Below, piece by piece: positions 17,700 to 26,787 of a DNA stretch of 64,000 nt. Position 1 is the stretch's first letter, and each line of letters begins with the position of its first letter. The stretch is from a virus. The stretch lies in the IMG/VR virus record IMGVR_UViG_3300042691_005581, positions 13,360 to 77,359 of that record; one strand, written 5' to 3'. The translations under genes were made by a program, and so were the position numbers. A model generated the notes under the pieces. The model was not told the origin of the DNA, made no database searches, and saw nothing but the letters and a program-made list of their open reading frames with translations.

Positions 17700-19320
17700 T
17701 ACTTTTTTCTAATGCACGTAGCTCGTCATCGTCCGGATTTTCTAAATCGATTTCTGCAGATTTGGTAACCGTTTCGATTTCAAACAGTCCATTGAAAGTA
17801 TTTTGGGCAGGTCCACCTTGCAAACGAGATCCTTCCAAACTGCGTAAAAATGGGCCAGCATCGTCGATAATGGCAAATGCTTCTTCTTTGGATTTAGTAT
17901 TAAATAGATCTTCGATAAAAGAACTAAAATACAAAATGTTACGTGGAACCCAATCACTGTACTCGTCGCTCATATCGCTAGCTTTGACCTTCTTCCAATG
18001 TTTCCAAGTTAACTTATCTTTAGTCTTTGCAATTTCAATGTCCATTAACTGTTGAGCACGTTGTACAGCAACAATATGACATTCTACATTGTGACCCATC
18101 ATTAATGCATAGGCAAAACTATCCCAAGATGTTTTATTAGGAATCTTACCTAGTTTATTAAGTCTAGGCACAACATGATAGTGTTCTGTATTCAAGTGAT
18201 CAAACTTAGCACCATTTAACTCTGCATCAGTTTTGCGTTTGCCTAAATCATAATAGGCAATGTCTGCCATTGTTAAGCGTCTGCCGATTGACGATTCGAA
18301 TGGGAATGGAATGTCGCTTCCTGCAAGTGCTTTGTTGTCTGGGGCCTTGTCCATAATAACACTCCACCTTTTTGGCGTGTGGACTGCGTTTGTGTAGACA
18401 AGTCCGTGCGCTGTTGCGATGAACGGTGAGGCGCAGTCAAAAGATATGGTAAGCTCTTCATTGATATGTTTCCTAATTTGTCTTTGAATTAACGTTAAGT
18501 AACAACTCCAGTCAAGTTGCGCTGTACCCAAGAAGTGGATCCAGTTTTTGCCCTTCAGCAAACCATCTTCTCTAAGCGTCATCATACGCTTGAGAGTAAT
18601 ATCCATCTTGCACATGTTAGCACCACCAAAGGCCCAACCTTCTGCTTCACGCCCTGCATACTTGCCTTTAGGGTCGCTAAATTCTTTTACACCTGCATAC
18701 CACTTTTCAGCAGTGTCCCAATCACCGCCTTGAAGAACGTTAAGCCATTTAGTATGACCTAAACGATTCATTAGGAAGTAATCGTTATTGAATCGTGTCT
18801 TGTCTAGACAGTCTTCAAATGTTTTCAATCCAGTCTTAGGACTGTGAATGTGATCACATGCCCAAGTAGGCACGTCTAGCATCATTGACCAATCAGCAGT
18901 TAGTTCTAACCACTCAAGAATCTTTTGACGAGTTTTAGTAGCTTCTTTGCCTTCAAAGTCGAGCCAGTCAAACTTAAGAACGCCCTTACCAATTTGGTAT
19001 CCGCCGGAGTCTCCCAGAATCATTGTATTCCCGCGATCACGTTGTTGGATCATTGACTCCTGCGTCATACTCTTTTGTAAGTCTAACTGTGCGTGACCCG
19101 CAGAGTACAGACCATACTTATATGTGAAATATCCTTCTTCAGGATTTAGAAAGTTCATACCTTCAATGCCACGATCAAATCCTGCTGGAATTCGATCGTC
19201 AGAAATAAACTTTTCAAGCCTTTGTTTAGCGATGTATGTACTATAGAAACTACTAATTGCTGGCAAATACACAGCATAGTCTTTCTGTAGTGGTGTTAGG
19301 TTAAGTTGTTGTTTGCTCAT
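17689..19320 (-). CDS. TGT-family guanine transglycosylase, DpdA-like (7-deazaguanine insertion into DNA)
   Basis: DSGGYQ, MMLDVP, VLQG, GWAFGG, IHFLG, SFDCASP TGT motifs; clustered with folE/queE and replication genes. Confidence 0.8.
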   Translation of the reverse strand: MSKQQLNLTPLQKDYAVYLPAISSFYSTYIAKQRLEKFISDDRIPAGFDRGIEGMNFLNPEEGYFTYKYGLYSAGHAQLDLQKSMTQESMIQQRDRGNTMILGDSGGYQIGKGVLKFDWLDFEGKEATKTRQKILEWLELTADWSMMLDVPTWACDHIHSPKTGLKTFEDCLDKTRFNNDYFLMNRLGHTKWLNVLQGGDWDTAEKWYAGVKEFSDPKGKYAGREAEGWAFGGANMCKMDITLKRMMTLREDGLLKGKNWIHFLGTAQLDWSCYLTLIQRQIRKHINEELTISFDCASPFIATAHGLVYTNAVHTPKRWSVIMDKAPDNKALAGSDIPFPFESSIGRRLTMADIAYYDLGKRKTDAELNGAKFDHLNTEHYHVVPRLNKLGKIPNKTSWDSFAYALMMGHNVECHIVAVQRAQQLMDIEIAKTKDKLTWKHWKKVKASDMSDEYSDWVPRNILYFSSFIEDLFNTKSKEEAFAIIDDAGPFLRSLEGSRLQGGPAQNTFNGLFEIETVTKSAEIDLENPDDDELRALEKSIDI

Positions 19321-19666
19321 CTTTACTCAATATTATTGTTGCTTTTAATTGTTCAGCGGCCCGTTTCATATTTTCATATGCTGCCTTAACAGCAGGATGA
19401 CTTTCTGACAATTTTTCCAATGCCGCTTCTTCAGATATTTTATTCATTGCCCATGATATTGCAGATTGGGCACTGCTGCTTAGACTTATAGTGGTATAGC
19501 TGGCAGCTATTTGCACCCAGTTACTTCCACTCCATACTTGCAAATCATTTCCATGAATACGGACCATACCCTGCATTGGATTATCTATGTTAGTAGGAAT
19601 GTAAGGCATTGGTGATGTACCACCCCCTACCTCAATAAACGCACCACCGGCTATATCTTTTATCAT
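19301..19666 (-). CDS. Hypothetical protein
   Basis: Coupled between clamp and DpdA-like genes. Confidence 0.6.
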   Translation of the reverse strand: MIKDIAGGAFIEVGGGTSPMPYIPTNIDNPMQGMVRIHGNDLQVWSGSNWVQIAASYTTISLSSSAQSAISWAMNKISEEAALEKLSESHPAVKAAYENMKRAAEQLKATIILSKDEQTTT

Positions 19667-20397
19667 GCCTGTGCTGGAATAATATACTTGTAAGTTGCAA
19701 TACCACTATCCATGGTGATCTGCATAGCACCTTCGTTTGAGAAACTAACTTTTGCATTATTAGAATCTGCAATCTTAAGGATGCTCAACACACTACTTAC
19801 CGGCCATGTCCATGCTTTATTTAGGTTACCAGTAACTCCACTTGCAAAAATAAATTCACCACCGTGTGTGCTTTGATCACCGAATACAAATTTCAAATTA
19901 CCGTTATCTGTCTTGGCAAGGAATGTAGTGTGCTCATTATTTGCACTGGCTTGAAAGTTAAACCGTTGAACAGATTGCAGTGTAGGCACTACTTCTACAT
20001 CCCATTTAACACCTTTAAACTTGATAGTTTTAAGTTTTTCATTGATGATGTCAGTGTTCATAAAACGATAGTCGTTTTTAAAATCGCCAGTCTTATTTTC
20101 AAAATGCAGTCCTACTGGAATAGTGTCGCCGTTTCTATCAGCAGTAATAACTTCGATAGTTGCATCTTCTTTGTATTCTGGGCAATCCAAATGATACTTT
20201 AGTTTGTTAAGTTGTGGCATGCCGAATACACCAATCATATCTGGGTTTGGATTAGTAGTCTCTGCATACATGATAACGCTACGGTCATCGGCCATTGAAT
20301 CGATCGCTGTTTTCTTTTCATCACCAGTAATCTTAACAATGTTAAGAAAACCTAAATTGTGTGTATGCGATACGATATCTTGTAAAATGTCTTTCAT
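19663..20397 (-). CDS. Putative DNA sliding clamp (gp45/PCNA-like)
   Basis: About 245 aa alpha/beta protein ending KYIIPA, directly downstream of the polymerase, whose C-terminus (TFGSLFTFE) resembles a clamp-binding peptide. Confidence 0.65.
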   Translation of the reverse strand: MKDILQDIVSHTHNLGFLNIVKITGDEKKTAIDSMADDRSVIMYAETTNPNPDMIGVFGMPQLNKLKYHLDCPEYKEDATIEVITADRNGDTIPVGLHFENKTGDFKNDYRFMNTDIINEKLKTIKFKGVKWDVEVVPTLQSVQRFNFQASANNEHTTFLAKTDNGNLKFVFGDQSTHGGEFIFASGVTGNLNKAWTWPVSSVLSILKIADSNNAKVSFSNEGAMQITMDSGIATYKYIIPAQA

Positions 20398-20474
20398 GAT
20401 TAATTCCTTTTGTTTAGTTTATTTAGATTTAGCAACAATGTCAAATATTTTTTTGCCTAAAATTGCCATTTAGA

Positions 20475-23144
20475 TTATTCGAATGTAAAAAGAGAACCGA
20501 ATGTGTTGGTCTGAGTTGTGGAATCTAAATCCCATTCTAACACACCGATTAAATTATCAATTTTGTTATTGATAATAGTTGCCTCCATCTCTGCGTGGTT
20601 AAATGGTAATTCTTGAAACCATTTAGGCAATCGTAATTCATCGACTGGATATGCTACTGAAGTGTATCCTAACGGATTTTCTTTTACCTTACAAACAATA
20701 ACTTTCATGCCGTCGACAATACCCATCGAGTATTTGTCACCATTCATGCGTTTTAAGGTATTCCAGTTAATAGCTGCTCGAACGTGTCCGGGCATGTTTG
20801 CTTTGCCAGCTTTTACTTCCTTGGCTTGATATTCAGCAATGTTGTTGGCACGTTTTGGACTTCCTTTTTCCCATCCTGGCCGGGCCTTAAATTCAGTTCG
20901 GAATTCGCTAATACGGTCTAGAATTTCTTTTTCTTGAGCACCATTAAGCACCTTAGTTAGAATTTCTGTTAAGAATTCTTGCATAAATTCTGGAGTATCT
21001 GAACGCTTCAAATCTAATCCCATAGCCTTGATCTTGCCCGGTTTGCCATCTAAGTCCTGACGTTTTCCTTCCTTGTCATAGTAAAGAATTGCGTATCTTT
21101 TCTTAGTCATGTAGATACCTTTGATTGCTACAAATTCTCTACCAGCTTTGATAACTTCTCCTCGACTTTTAGGACAGTGAAATGAGTCCAACATAAATTG
21201 AGAAAATGTTCCGTTAACTTCATTAGCGATAGAGTCATATAGTTGAACAACGGTATCTTTGGTCCAAGGAATTTCTCCCTTATCGATTTCTTTCCTTAAG
21301 GAAGTATAAGCACTAAAATATGCAGAGTCAGTGTCACCGTAGATAATAGCCTTACCTACATGATCATATTCTCCAGTAATTACTTCGTTAATTTTTGAAG
21401 CCATGTGTCTAGCAATTGCACGACCGGTAAGAGTGGTAGATTGACCAATACGGTTATCGAAGAAGCGGCATCCTGCATTAAGAATAGCACCATACAAACT
21501 GTTCAAGTTAATTTTCTTAACTAGCTGACGTTTGTCCCAGTATTCTTCTTCAATTTTATTACCGGCAGTAATGGCTGCTTTAAGTTTTGCCTGCATCTCT
21601 TTACGCTCAGCATACCAACGTTTCAACAATCCTGGAATAACACCTTCGTGTTCGTGTGTGAAAATAGTACCGTTGGCACTGAGCATCCAGGGCTTGCCGC
21701 TGTTAAAAATTAACTCAAATATTTGAGCGCCACTCATTACATCAGTTTCGCCGTTTTCCCAATCAATAATGATGTCGTGCGTCTTGTCTTGACTCATTAC
21801 AAATTCATATTCGTTGGCTCCAAATTTGCCTTCCCATGCTGCTGCAAAACTATTTCCCTTGGCAATTTTAGTTTCAATTTCTGCTTTGGTATAGTCCTGA
21901 CGCAACTGTCCAACAATAGTCTCTGGACCCATATTCAATGCACGAATAACTGAAGGATACAAACTGTTAATGTCCATTGAGCCAATCCAATCATGCAGAC
22001 CTTTTTTAGGATATGCAACATATGCACCTGCGGCTTGAGTATCAACAAGGTCGTCCCTGTTCTTACGACTAGGAACAATCATTCCACGGTGATGTGCTTC
22101 ATTTACAATGGCCTGCTCTGTAACTGCTACAGCACCCATAGTGGTCTGTAACAACACTGTACATTCATGTGCTAGTGTATTTGCTAGGTCAATAAATTTT
22201 AATTTATTATCTAGTTTATTCAGCAATGCAGTATCTTGTCTGTTGTATTCGATAAACTTTTTAAAATCATTGTTATACAATTGATCCAATGTGCCTTCGT
22301 AAACAGTTTTACTTTCGCCTACTTCCATTTCTCCAATGGCATCCAATCGGTATGTGTGGCGTTCTTCATAGGTGTATTTGCGGTACAGCTCGAGACTGTC
22401 CAGATGAACACGACCAACCAAATCATAAGTAACAGCCGCTTTTCCATATTTTTCATACTCCCTTTTCTTAGGAAATTGATCCCATAGGCAAAATCTACGA
22501 GTATCTTCTTTGCTCAACACTTTAGTAACTCGATTGACAGTATAAGGCATATCGAATCCTTCACTGTTCCAACCGCTTAAAATATCAGCATCTTGAATTA
22601 AGTTTAGAAATGTATCTAACATGTCTGCTTCGTTATCAAACAGAATTGTGTTAGGAAAATCTTTAATTTGTTCCTGTGCCTGTTCCATAGTTAGTGTCTT
22701 GGGCGGAACTGCAAGACATACTAATGTGTCCAACCATTGTAGATGAACGGCAATGGCAGTAATTGGCATGAAGGCATCATCGGGTGATGCATATCCACGT
22801 TCTGGATCGAAGTCTACCTCAATATCCCAAAACGCTACGTTTAGTTTTGGAGGCTCTTTGCCTAGATAGTTTTCTTCTAATGTACGAAAGACTACGTTAA
22901 TATCACTTTCGAACAGTCGTTGATTACTGTGGATTCTTTGTTCTTTTTGAAATTCTTTGTGGTTTTTACATACCACTTTTGACAGGCTTTCGCCGTGAAT
23001 CGATCTATATTTTCCCTTAGGGTCAGGGTAGTAAAAAATATATCTTGCAGGGTACTCCTGATATATTCTTCCTTTTTTTGGATCCCGTTCGACAATCTTA
23101 ATGACGTCGTTGTCTTTATTCCAAATGGCGTCGACATAACTCAT
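20475..23144 (-). CDS. Family B DNA polymerase
   Basis: Exo DIE, GWNSEGFD, YNRQD; pol DINSLYPS, K..LNSLYG, YGDTDS, KKRY. Confidence 0.98.
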   Translation of the reverse strand: MSYVDAIWNKDNDVIKIVERDPKKGRIYQEYPARYIFYYPDPKGKYRSIHGESLSKVVCKNHKEFQKEQRIHSNQRLFESDINVVFRTLEENYLGKEPPKLNVAFWDIEVDFDPERGYASPDDAFMPITAIAVHLQWLDTLVCLAVPPKTLTMEQAQEQIKDFPNTILFDNEADMLDTFLNLIQDADILSGWNSEGFDMPYTVNRVTKVLSKEDTRRFCLWDQFPKKREYEKYGKAAVTYDLVGRVHLDSLELYRKYTYEERHTYRLDAIGEMEVGESKTVYEGTLDQLYNNDFKKFIEYNRQDTALLNKLDNKLKFIDLANTLAHECTVLLQTTMGAVAVTEQAIVNEAHHRGMIVPSRKNRDDLVDTQAAGAYVAYPKKGLHDWIGSMDINSLYPSVIRALNMGPETIVGQLRQDYTKAEIETKIAKGNSFAAAWEGKFGANEYEFVMSQDKTHDIIIDWENGETDVMSGAQIFELIFNSGKPWMLSANGTIFTHEHEGVIPGLLKRWYAERKEMQAKLKAAITAGNKIEEEYWDKRQLVKKINLNSLYGAILNAGCRFFDNRIGQSTTLTGRAIARHMASKINEVITGEYDHVGKAIIYGDTDSAYFSAYTSLRKEIDKGEIPWTKDTVVQLYDSIANEVNGTFSQFMLDSFHCPKSRGEVIKAGREFVAIKGIYMTKKRYAILYYDKEGKRQDLDGKPGKIKAMGLDLKRSDTPEFMQEFLTEILTKVLNGAQEKEILDRISEFRTEFKARPGWEKGSPKRANNIAEYQAKEVKAGKANMPGHVRAAINWNTLKRMNGDKYSMGIVDGMKVIVCKVKENPLGYTSVAYPVDELRLPKWFQELPFNHAEMEATIINNKIDNLIGVLEWDLDSTTQTNTFGSLFTFE

Positions 23145-23158
23145 ATTTTTTTCTCCTT

Positions 23159-23211
23159 ACCGTTTATGGCCGGCAAACCTTCATAATACGATTTGTGGCT
23201 CGTTAAACCTT
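23159..23211 (-). promoter_or_regulatory. Tandem repeated structured RNA element (candidate pseudoknots) abutting polymerase RBS
   Basis: Two copies of AAGGUUU-(A)-[stem]-GCCAYAAA-[stem'] with different but complementary stems ACGA/UCGU and GCCG/CGGU. Confidence 0.6.
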
Positions 23212-23224
23212 TATTCTTATATAT

Positions 23225-23512
23225 TTACATCAACATTCGAATTAAACCCACAGCATCGATTGTGGTAAGTAAAAGATAATTTGCGAGCATTCCGAAGGAT
23301 CGACGAGTGTAAGCAGCCCAAGCGTACATAGCGCAGCCTGTAATCCAAAGAGGATATAGAATAAGTAGCGGCGGATTTGGGACTGTTGCTGCCATTGTAA
23401 TTGAACAACCAATAGATATCGCCCAAGCAACCAACTCAATAGTGAAGCGAAAAGGATAAGACTTAAAGTCATCTCGAATCCAAGAAAAGATTCCTTGTAG
23501 TATATTGTTCAT
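23225..23512 (-). CDS. Small membrane protein (about 3 TM)
   Basis: Three hydrophobic segments. Confidence 0.7.
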   Translation of the reverse strand: MNNILQGIFSWIRDDFKSYPFRFTIELVAWAISIGCSITMAATVPNPPLLILYPLWITGCAMYAWAAYTRRSFGMLANYLLLTTIDAVGLIRMLM

Positions 23513-23781
23513 TAATCATCGCGTCGGTTAGCGTGACCTGCAATATCAACAATAGTTTCGAGATCGTCAAATTCGCGGAATACTTGATCCCATTGATCTT
23601 TTTGTGCGATTTTAATTGCTTTGCGAATGACACTAGGTTTTACCTCTAGTTCTTCTGCTACTGCTTTGATAGTTTCGTTCAATCCTTCTGTAAGGTCTTG
23701 AATTTCCTGCATAACAGTCATTCCTTCCGAAACGATCTGTTTAATTTTTGCCTGCTCTGGGGCGCCGAATGCTTTGCTCAT
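23512..23781 (-). CDS. Putative dsDNA-binding protein (T4 DsbA-like)
   Basis: Helical 89 aa, IKAVAEELEVKPSVIRKAIKIA; AAGGAG RBS. Confidence 0.55.
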   Translation of the reverse strand: MSKAFGAPEQAKIKQIVSEGMTVMQEIQDLTEGLNETIKAVAEELEVKPSVIRKAIKIAQKDQWDQVFREFDDLETIVDIAGHANRRDD

Positions 23782-23800
23782 AGTAGTTCTCCTTGTTACT

Positions 23801-23829
23801 ATTGTAACGTGCTACTATTTAAATGTCAA
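23801..23829 (-). promoter_or_regulatory. sigma70-type promoter TTGACA-17-TACAAT
   Basis: Consensus; followed by AGTAACAA, as in the 8181 promoter. Confidence 0.8.
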
Positions 23830-23830
23830 C

Positions 23831-24403
23831 TTATTTTATACCTACTATCATGAAACGGTGATATTTTGTTTCAGGATCTTCCAATTGAACTGTATCTTTA
23901 AACAAAATTTCCGACATAGGAAAATCGTTTTCTAGATCGGATAACTTTTCATGTGGTGTATTATTTGTTTCGTTTCTTGATTGTAACACAACAACAGTTC
24001 CTTTGGGGATGTTGTCCCACCAAGCAGAATCATCGATGTCCAATATACTGGTATTGATAACCATACTGTTTTGATCAATTTGTTGGTAATTTAACAAATT
24101 TACATCTTTTATCATGTGTTCTATAGGAATCTCAATGTTAGCATCGCTAACCATTTTCCTCCCTAATTCGACATGTTTTTTATTTTTGTCTACATTGATA
24201 ATTTTATCAGCGGTTATGCCTAGCTTGCTTAATATAATAGACATGTTACTGTACCAACTGCCTAAAATATATACAGTGCTGAAATTTGTCTTGTTAAGTT
24301 TTTTTAGAGTTTGAACAATCCAGATTTTACTATATAGTAGATCGTCAGTTATACTGCCTTCTGGACTTACTGGACTGCTTTCTAACAGATCATTCACTTT
24401 CAT
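23831..24403 (-). CDS. Class I SAM-dependent methyltransferase-like protein with capsid-targeting-type N-terminus
   Basis: VYILGSWY, INVD, KDVN, VINTS Rossmann MTase-like strands; MKVNDLLES start. Confidence 0.55.
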   Translation of the reverse strand: MKVNDLLESSPVSPEGSITDDLLYSKIWIVQTLKKLNKTNFSTVYILGSWYSNMSIILSKLGITADKIINVDKNKKHVELGRKMVSDANIEIPIEHMIKDVNLLNYQQIDQNSMVINTSILDIDDSAWWDNIPKGTVVVLQSRNETNNTPHEKLSDLENDFPMSEILFKDTVQLEDPETKYHRFMIVGIK

Positions 24404-24686
24404 GTTTGCGCTCTCCAGTAAGATAGGGCAAACTAAACCATAGTTGGAACCATTCTGGTGTTCCCGGTCTTATGTTTTTCTCTCGCATTATTCTTGCATT
24501 TTCTGCTGCGGTGTGCGTTATATTGTTACCGACAGTTTCTTGAAGTTGGGGAGTATGACCTAGTCCCGCAAGATATTGCATTCTTGCTAATTCATATGCA
24601 GGATCGTTTGGCGGCAAAATACAATCATCATCTGAGGGTTTTATCAGATGGGATGCATTTATTTTAACTTGCCGCCATTCGCTCAT
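24390..24686 (-). CDS. Hypothetical protein
   Basis: ELARMQYLAG and PGTPEWF motifs. Confidence 0.6.
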   Translation of the reverse strand: MSEWRQVKINASHLIKPSDDDCILPPNDPAYELARMQYLAGLGHTPQLQETVGNNITHTAAENARIMREKNIRPGTPEWFQLWFSLPYLTGERKHESE

Positions 24687-25543
24687 TTCTTAAGAGTTTC
24701 GTTTAGCATTGTCTGCAATCTTAACTCGTACCAGTTAGATTCCATAGGCACACACTTATCTTTATAAGTACCATCGGCTTTCTTTACCTTACCGGCATAA
24801 CGCTTACCTTTCCAACAAGCCTTTCCGTCCACACCTTTAACTTTTTCTTCTGCCACACCTTGCTCTTTGTTTGATGTTGATTTCTTGACAGGGCCAAAAC
24901 CATGTAAACGATTGTCAGCTTTAACTGCGCCACGAGCACGATTTGCAATTTTTGGAGTAGTTGGTGCGTTATAGTTAGTTGCTCCAGGACTTGCTTGTAC
25001 TTGGGCTCGTGCTTTATTTTTATATGAAGTTAATGTTGCCGGAGACAATTCGTTAACCTGTTTGGAGCTTTCTGACAAACTATCTTCTTCACTTTGCATA
25101 TAATCCCAAACTGTAACTAACATGCTTTTAGCAACTGCAATTTTTTCTTGACACCATTCAGGCAAATTATCGCCGGCATTGATTAATTCATCTAATCCTA
25201 CTACTGCACGATGTAGAGTTTCTAAATTGTTGTCAGCCATGCCTGCTTCGTCGTTGTATTCTGCATCGTCGACGTTTTCATTTTTTTTATTGTTTGCTAA
25301 TGCATTAGCTGCTATACCTCCAACAACTGCTCTACCTACTGCTCCGGCAATGGGAGCCAGTGCTGCAAATTCTGCAAGCTCTTTATTTTTATGTTTTTGC
25401 CCACGAACTTGATCAGCTGATCTCTTTTTATCCTTATGCTCGCCAGATCCTGATCCTACAGTTTGGTGAGCCTTGGCTACTGGATTTTTTGTTTTAAGAG
25501 TGTATTTTACAGCTTTTACACCTTTTTTATGTTCGTTGATCAT
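24683..25543 (-). CDS. Putative internal head protein (modular, Glu-cleavage sites)
   Basis: Modules separated by xxE sites; LPEWCQEKI, ELSPATL.SY..KA, CWKG.R..G...CVP. Confidence 0.55.
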   Translation of the reverse strand: MINEHKKGVKAVKYTLKTKNPVAKAHQTVGSGSGEHKDKKRSADQVRGQKHKNKELAEFAALAPIAGAVGRAVVGGIAANALANNKKNENVDDAEYNDEAGMADNNLETLHRAVVGLDELINAGDNLPEWCQEKIAVAKSMLVTVWDYMQSEEDSLSESSKQVNELSPATLTSYKNKARAQVQASPGATNYNAPTTPKIANRARGAVKADNRLHGFGPVKKSTSNKEQGVAEEKVKGVDGKACWKGKRYAGKVKKADGTYKDKCVPMESNWYELRLQTMLNETLKK

Positions 25544-25553
25544 TTTAAATTCC

Positions 25554-25964
25554 TTAGACTATTAGATTATCTGAATTTCCTGGAGCCGATGCTACGGAAC
25601 CAGAACCTGATGATCCGCCGCTTGCGCTTTCTTGAGATTTAGGTTGCCAAAATTTTCCTCGACCAAAGAACATATTTGCACGTTGATTTTCGAATGGACT
25701 ATACCACTTGCCGCTTTTAGTTCTGAACAGTCCTGCTTTTTCAGCATCAGCTTCTTTCCCTGGCTGCACGTTGTAAAAATACACTCCATTGGCTGGTACT
25801 GATTTAAACTTTTTTTCAAAATTGGGTTGATCTTCGTGACCTAACTCGTGCTCCATTTCTCGACGTTTAAAATCACGTTTATTGGCGTCCATTTGATCCT
25901 GTTGATTACGTTCGTAATCTAAGGGGTTGTATCGATTTTCGCCTAATAGATCTATTATTTTCAT
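25554..25964 (-). CDS. Putative internal head protein
   Basis: MKIIDLLGE N-terminus. Confidence 0.55.
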   Translation of the reverse strand: MKIIDLLGENRYNPLDYERNQQDQMDANKRDFKRREMEHELGHEDQPNFEKKFKSVPANGVYFYNVQPGKEADAEKAGLFRTKSGKWYSPFENQRANMFFGRGKFWQPKSQESASGGSSGSGSVASAPGNSDNLIV

Positions 25965-26329
25965 TTCTTTTTCATCCAGTTTGCAACAGGGCTTGTTGTA
26001 TTTGTGCTCTTTAACTCTTGACTGTTTGAGTCGCCATGATTTAAATCTTGATAATTTGCACCTGCAACCTTATATGCAATTTTTAACATGTCTTCTTCTG
26101 CTTTACTATACGGTGCTGCTAATTTAGATTTTCCTATCCAGCTTTCAGTGTCCATGTCTGGTACTATTTCCCCGTCAGTGCCTGCAACTGCAAGTCCTAA
26201 TCTATATAGTGTATAATCACCGTTCCATCGATCTGCATCTGAAAATTTGTGCAGGCCGCGAGTTGGCTGCTGTTGGCGACTAGTAAGTGTGCCCTTCTTG
26301 CCTTCATCGATGAATTCTTTTGCTCTCAT
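25961..26329 (-). CDS. Putative internal head protein
   Basis: MRAKEFIDE N-terminus. Confidence 0.55.
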   Translation of the reverse strand: MRAKEFIDEGKKGTLTSRQQQPTRGLHKFSDADRWNGDYTLYRLGLAVAGTDGEIVPDMDTESWIGKSKLAAPYSKAEEDMLKIAYKVAGANYQDLNHGDSNSQELKSTNTTSPVANWMKKK

Positions 26330-26781
26330 TATACGCCCTTACTGCTGGCTTTTAACATCCATCCATGCTTTCGATGTGCATCAATTCTGCTGGCTAGAAA
26401 ATCGCTAAAACCTGCTTCCTTATATTTTTCAGATAATTCAAAGATAAGTTTGTAAATGTTAACTAGTTTTTCATTGTCTTCGATTAATTCCGCTAGCATT
26501 CTTTCTTTTGGTGCTACTTCGACTGCATCGTCAATTTGGCTCAACATGTTAAATCGTGAAAGACTACCCGGAACATATGTATCTAATGCTCTAATTTGTT
26601 CAGCATATACGTCGATACTTTCAAATACTTCTTCGTAGATGCCGCCGAATAAATCGTGATACTGCTTAAAATCACTGCCTTCTACGTTCCAGTGAAAGTA
26701 ATGCGCCTTTAAGTAAAAACTAAAAGAACTAGCGAATCCTACTTTAGCAGCTTGTTTTAAATCTTCCATTTTATAATCCAA
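26329..26781 (-). CDS. dps: Dps/ferritin-like DNA protection protein
   Basis: KAHYFHWNVEG..F..YH..F...Y......D..AE.IR, H.K..WML. Confidence 0.9.
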   Translation of the reverse strand: MDYKMEDLKQAAKVGFASSFSFYLKAHYFHWNVEGSDFKQYHDLFGGIYEEVFESIDVYAEQIRALDTYVPGSLSRFNMLSQIDDAVEVAPKERMLAELIEDNEKLVNIYKLIFELSEKYKEAGFSDFLASRIDAHRKHGWMLKASSKGV

Positions 26782-26787
26782 TGTAGT

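Noticed and set aside
17689-19320. Calling this a tRNA-modifying Tgt (queuosine)
   Set aside because: It lacks the CxCxxC..H zinc site of bacterial Tgt, there is no queF/queA, and it sits beside replication genes. A DNA-acting role is more likely, though not proven.
20475-23144. Intein or intron in polB (also checked thyA, clpA, phoH)
   Set aside because: Lengths are normal, motifs are contiguous, and no splice-junction or homing endonuclease motifs were seen.
23159-23211. Mini CRISPR array
   Set aside because: Only two imperfect ~24-nt units with a 6-nt gap, and no cas genes.
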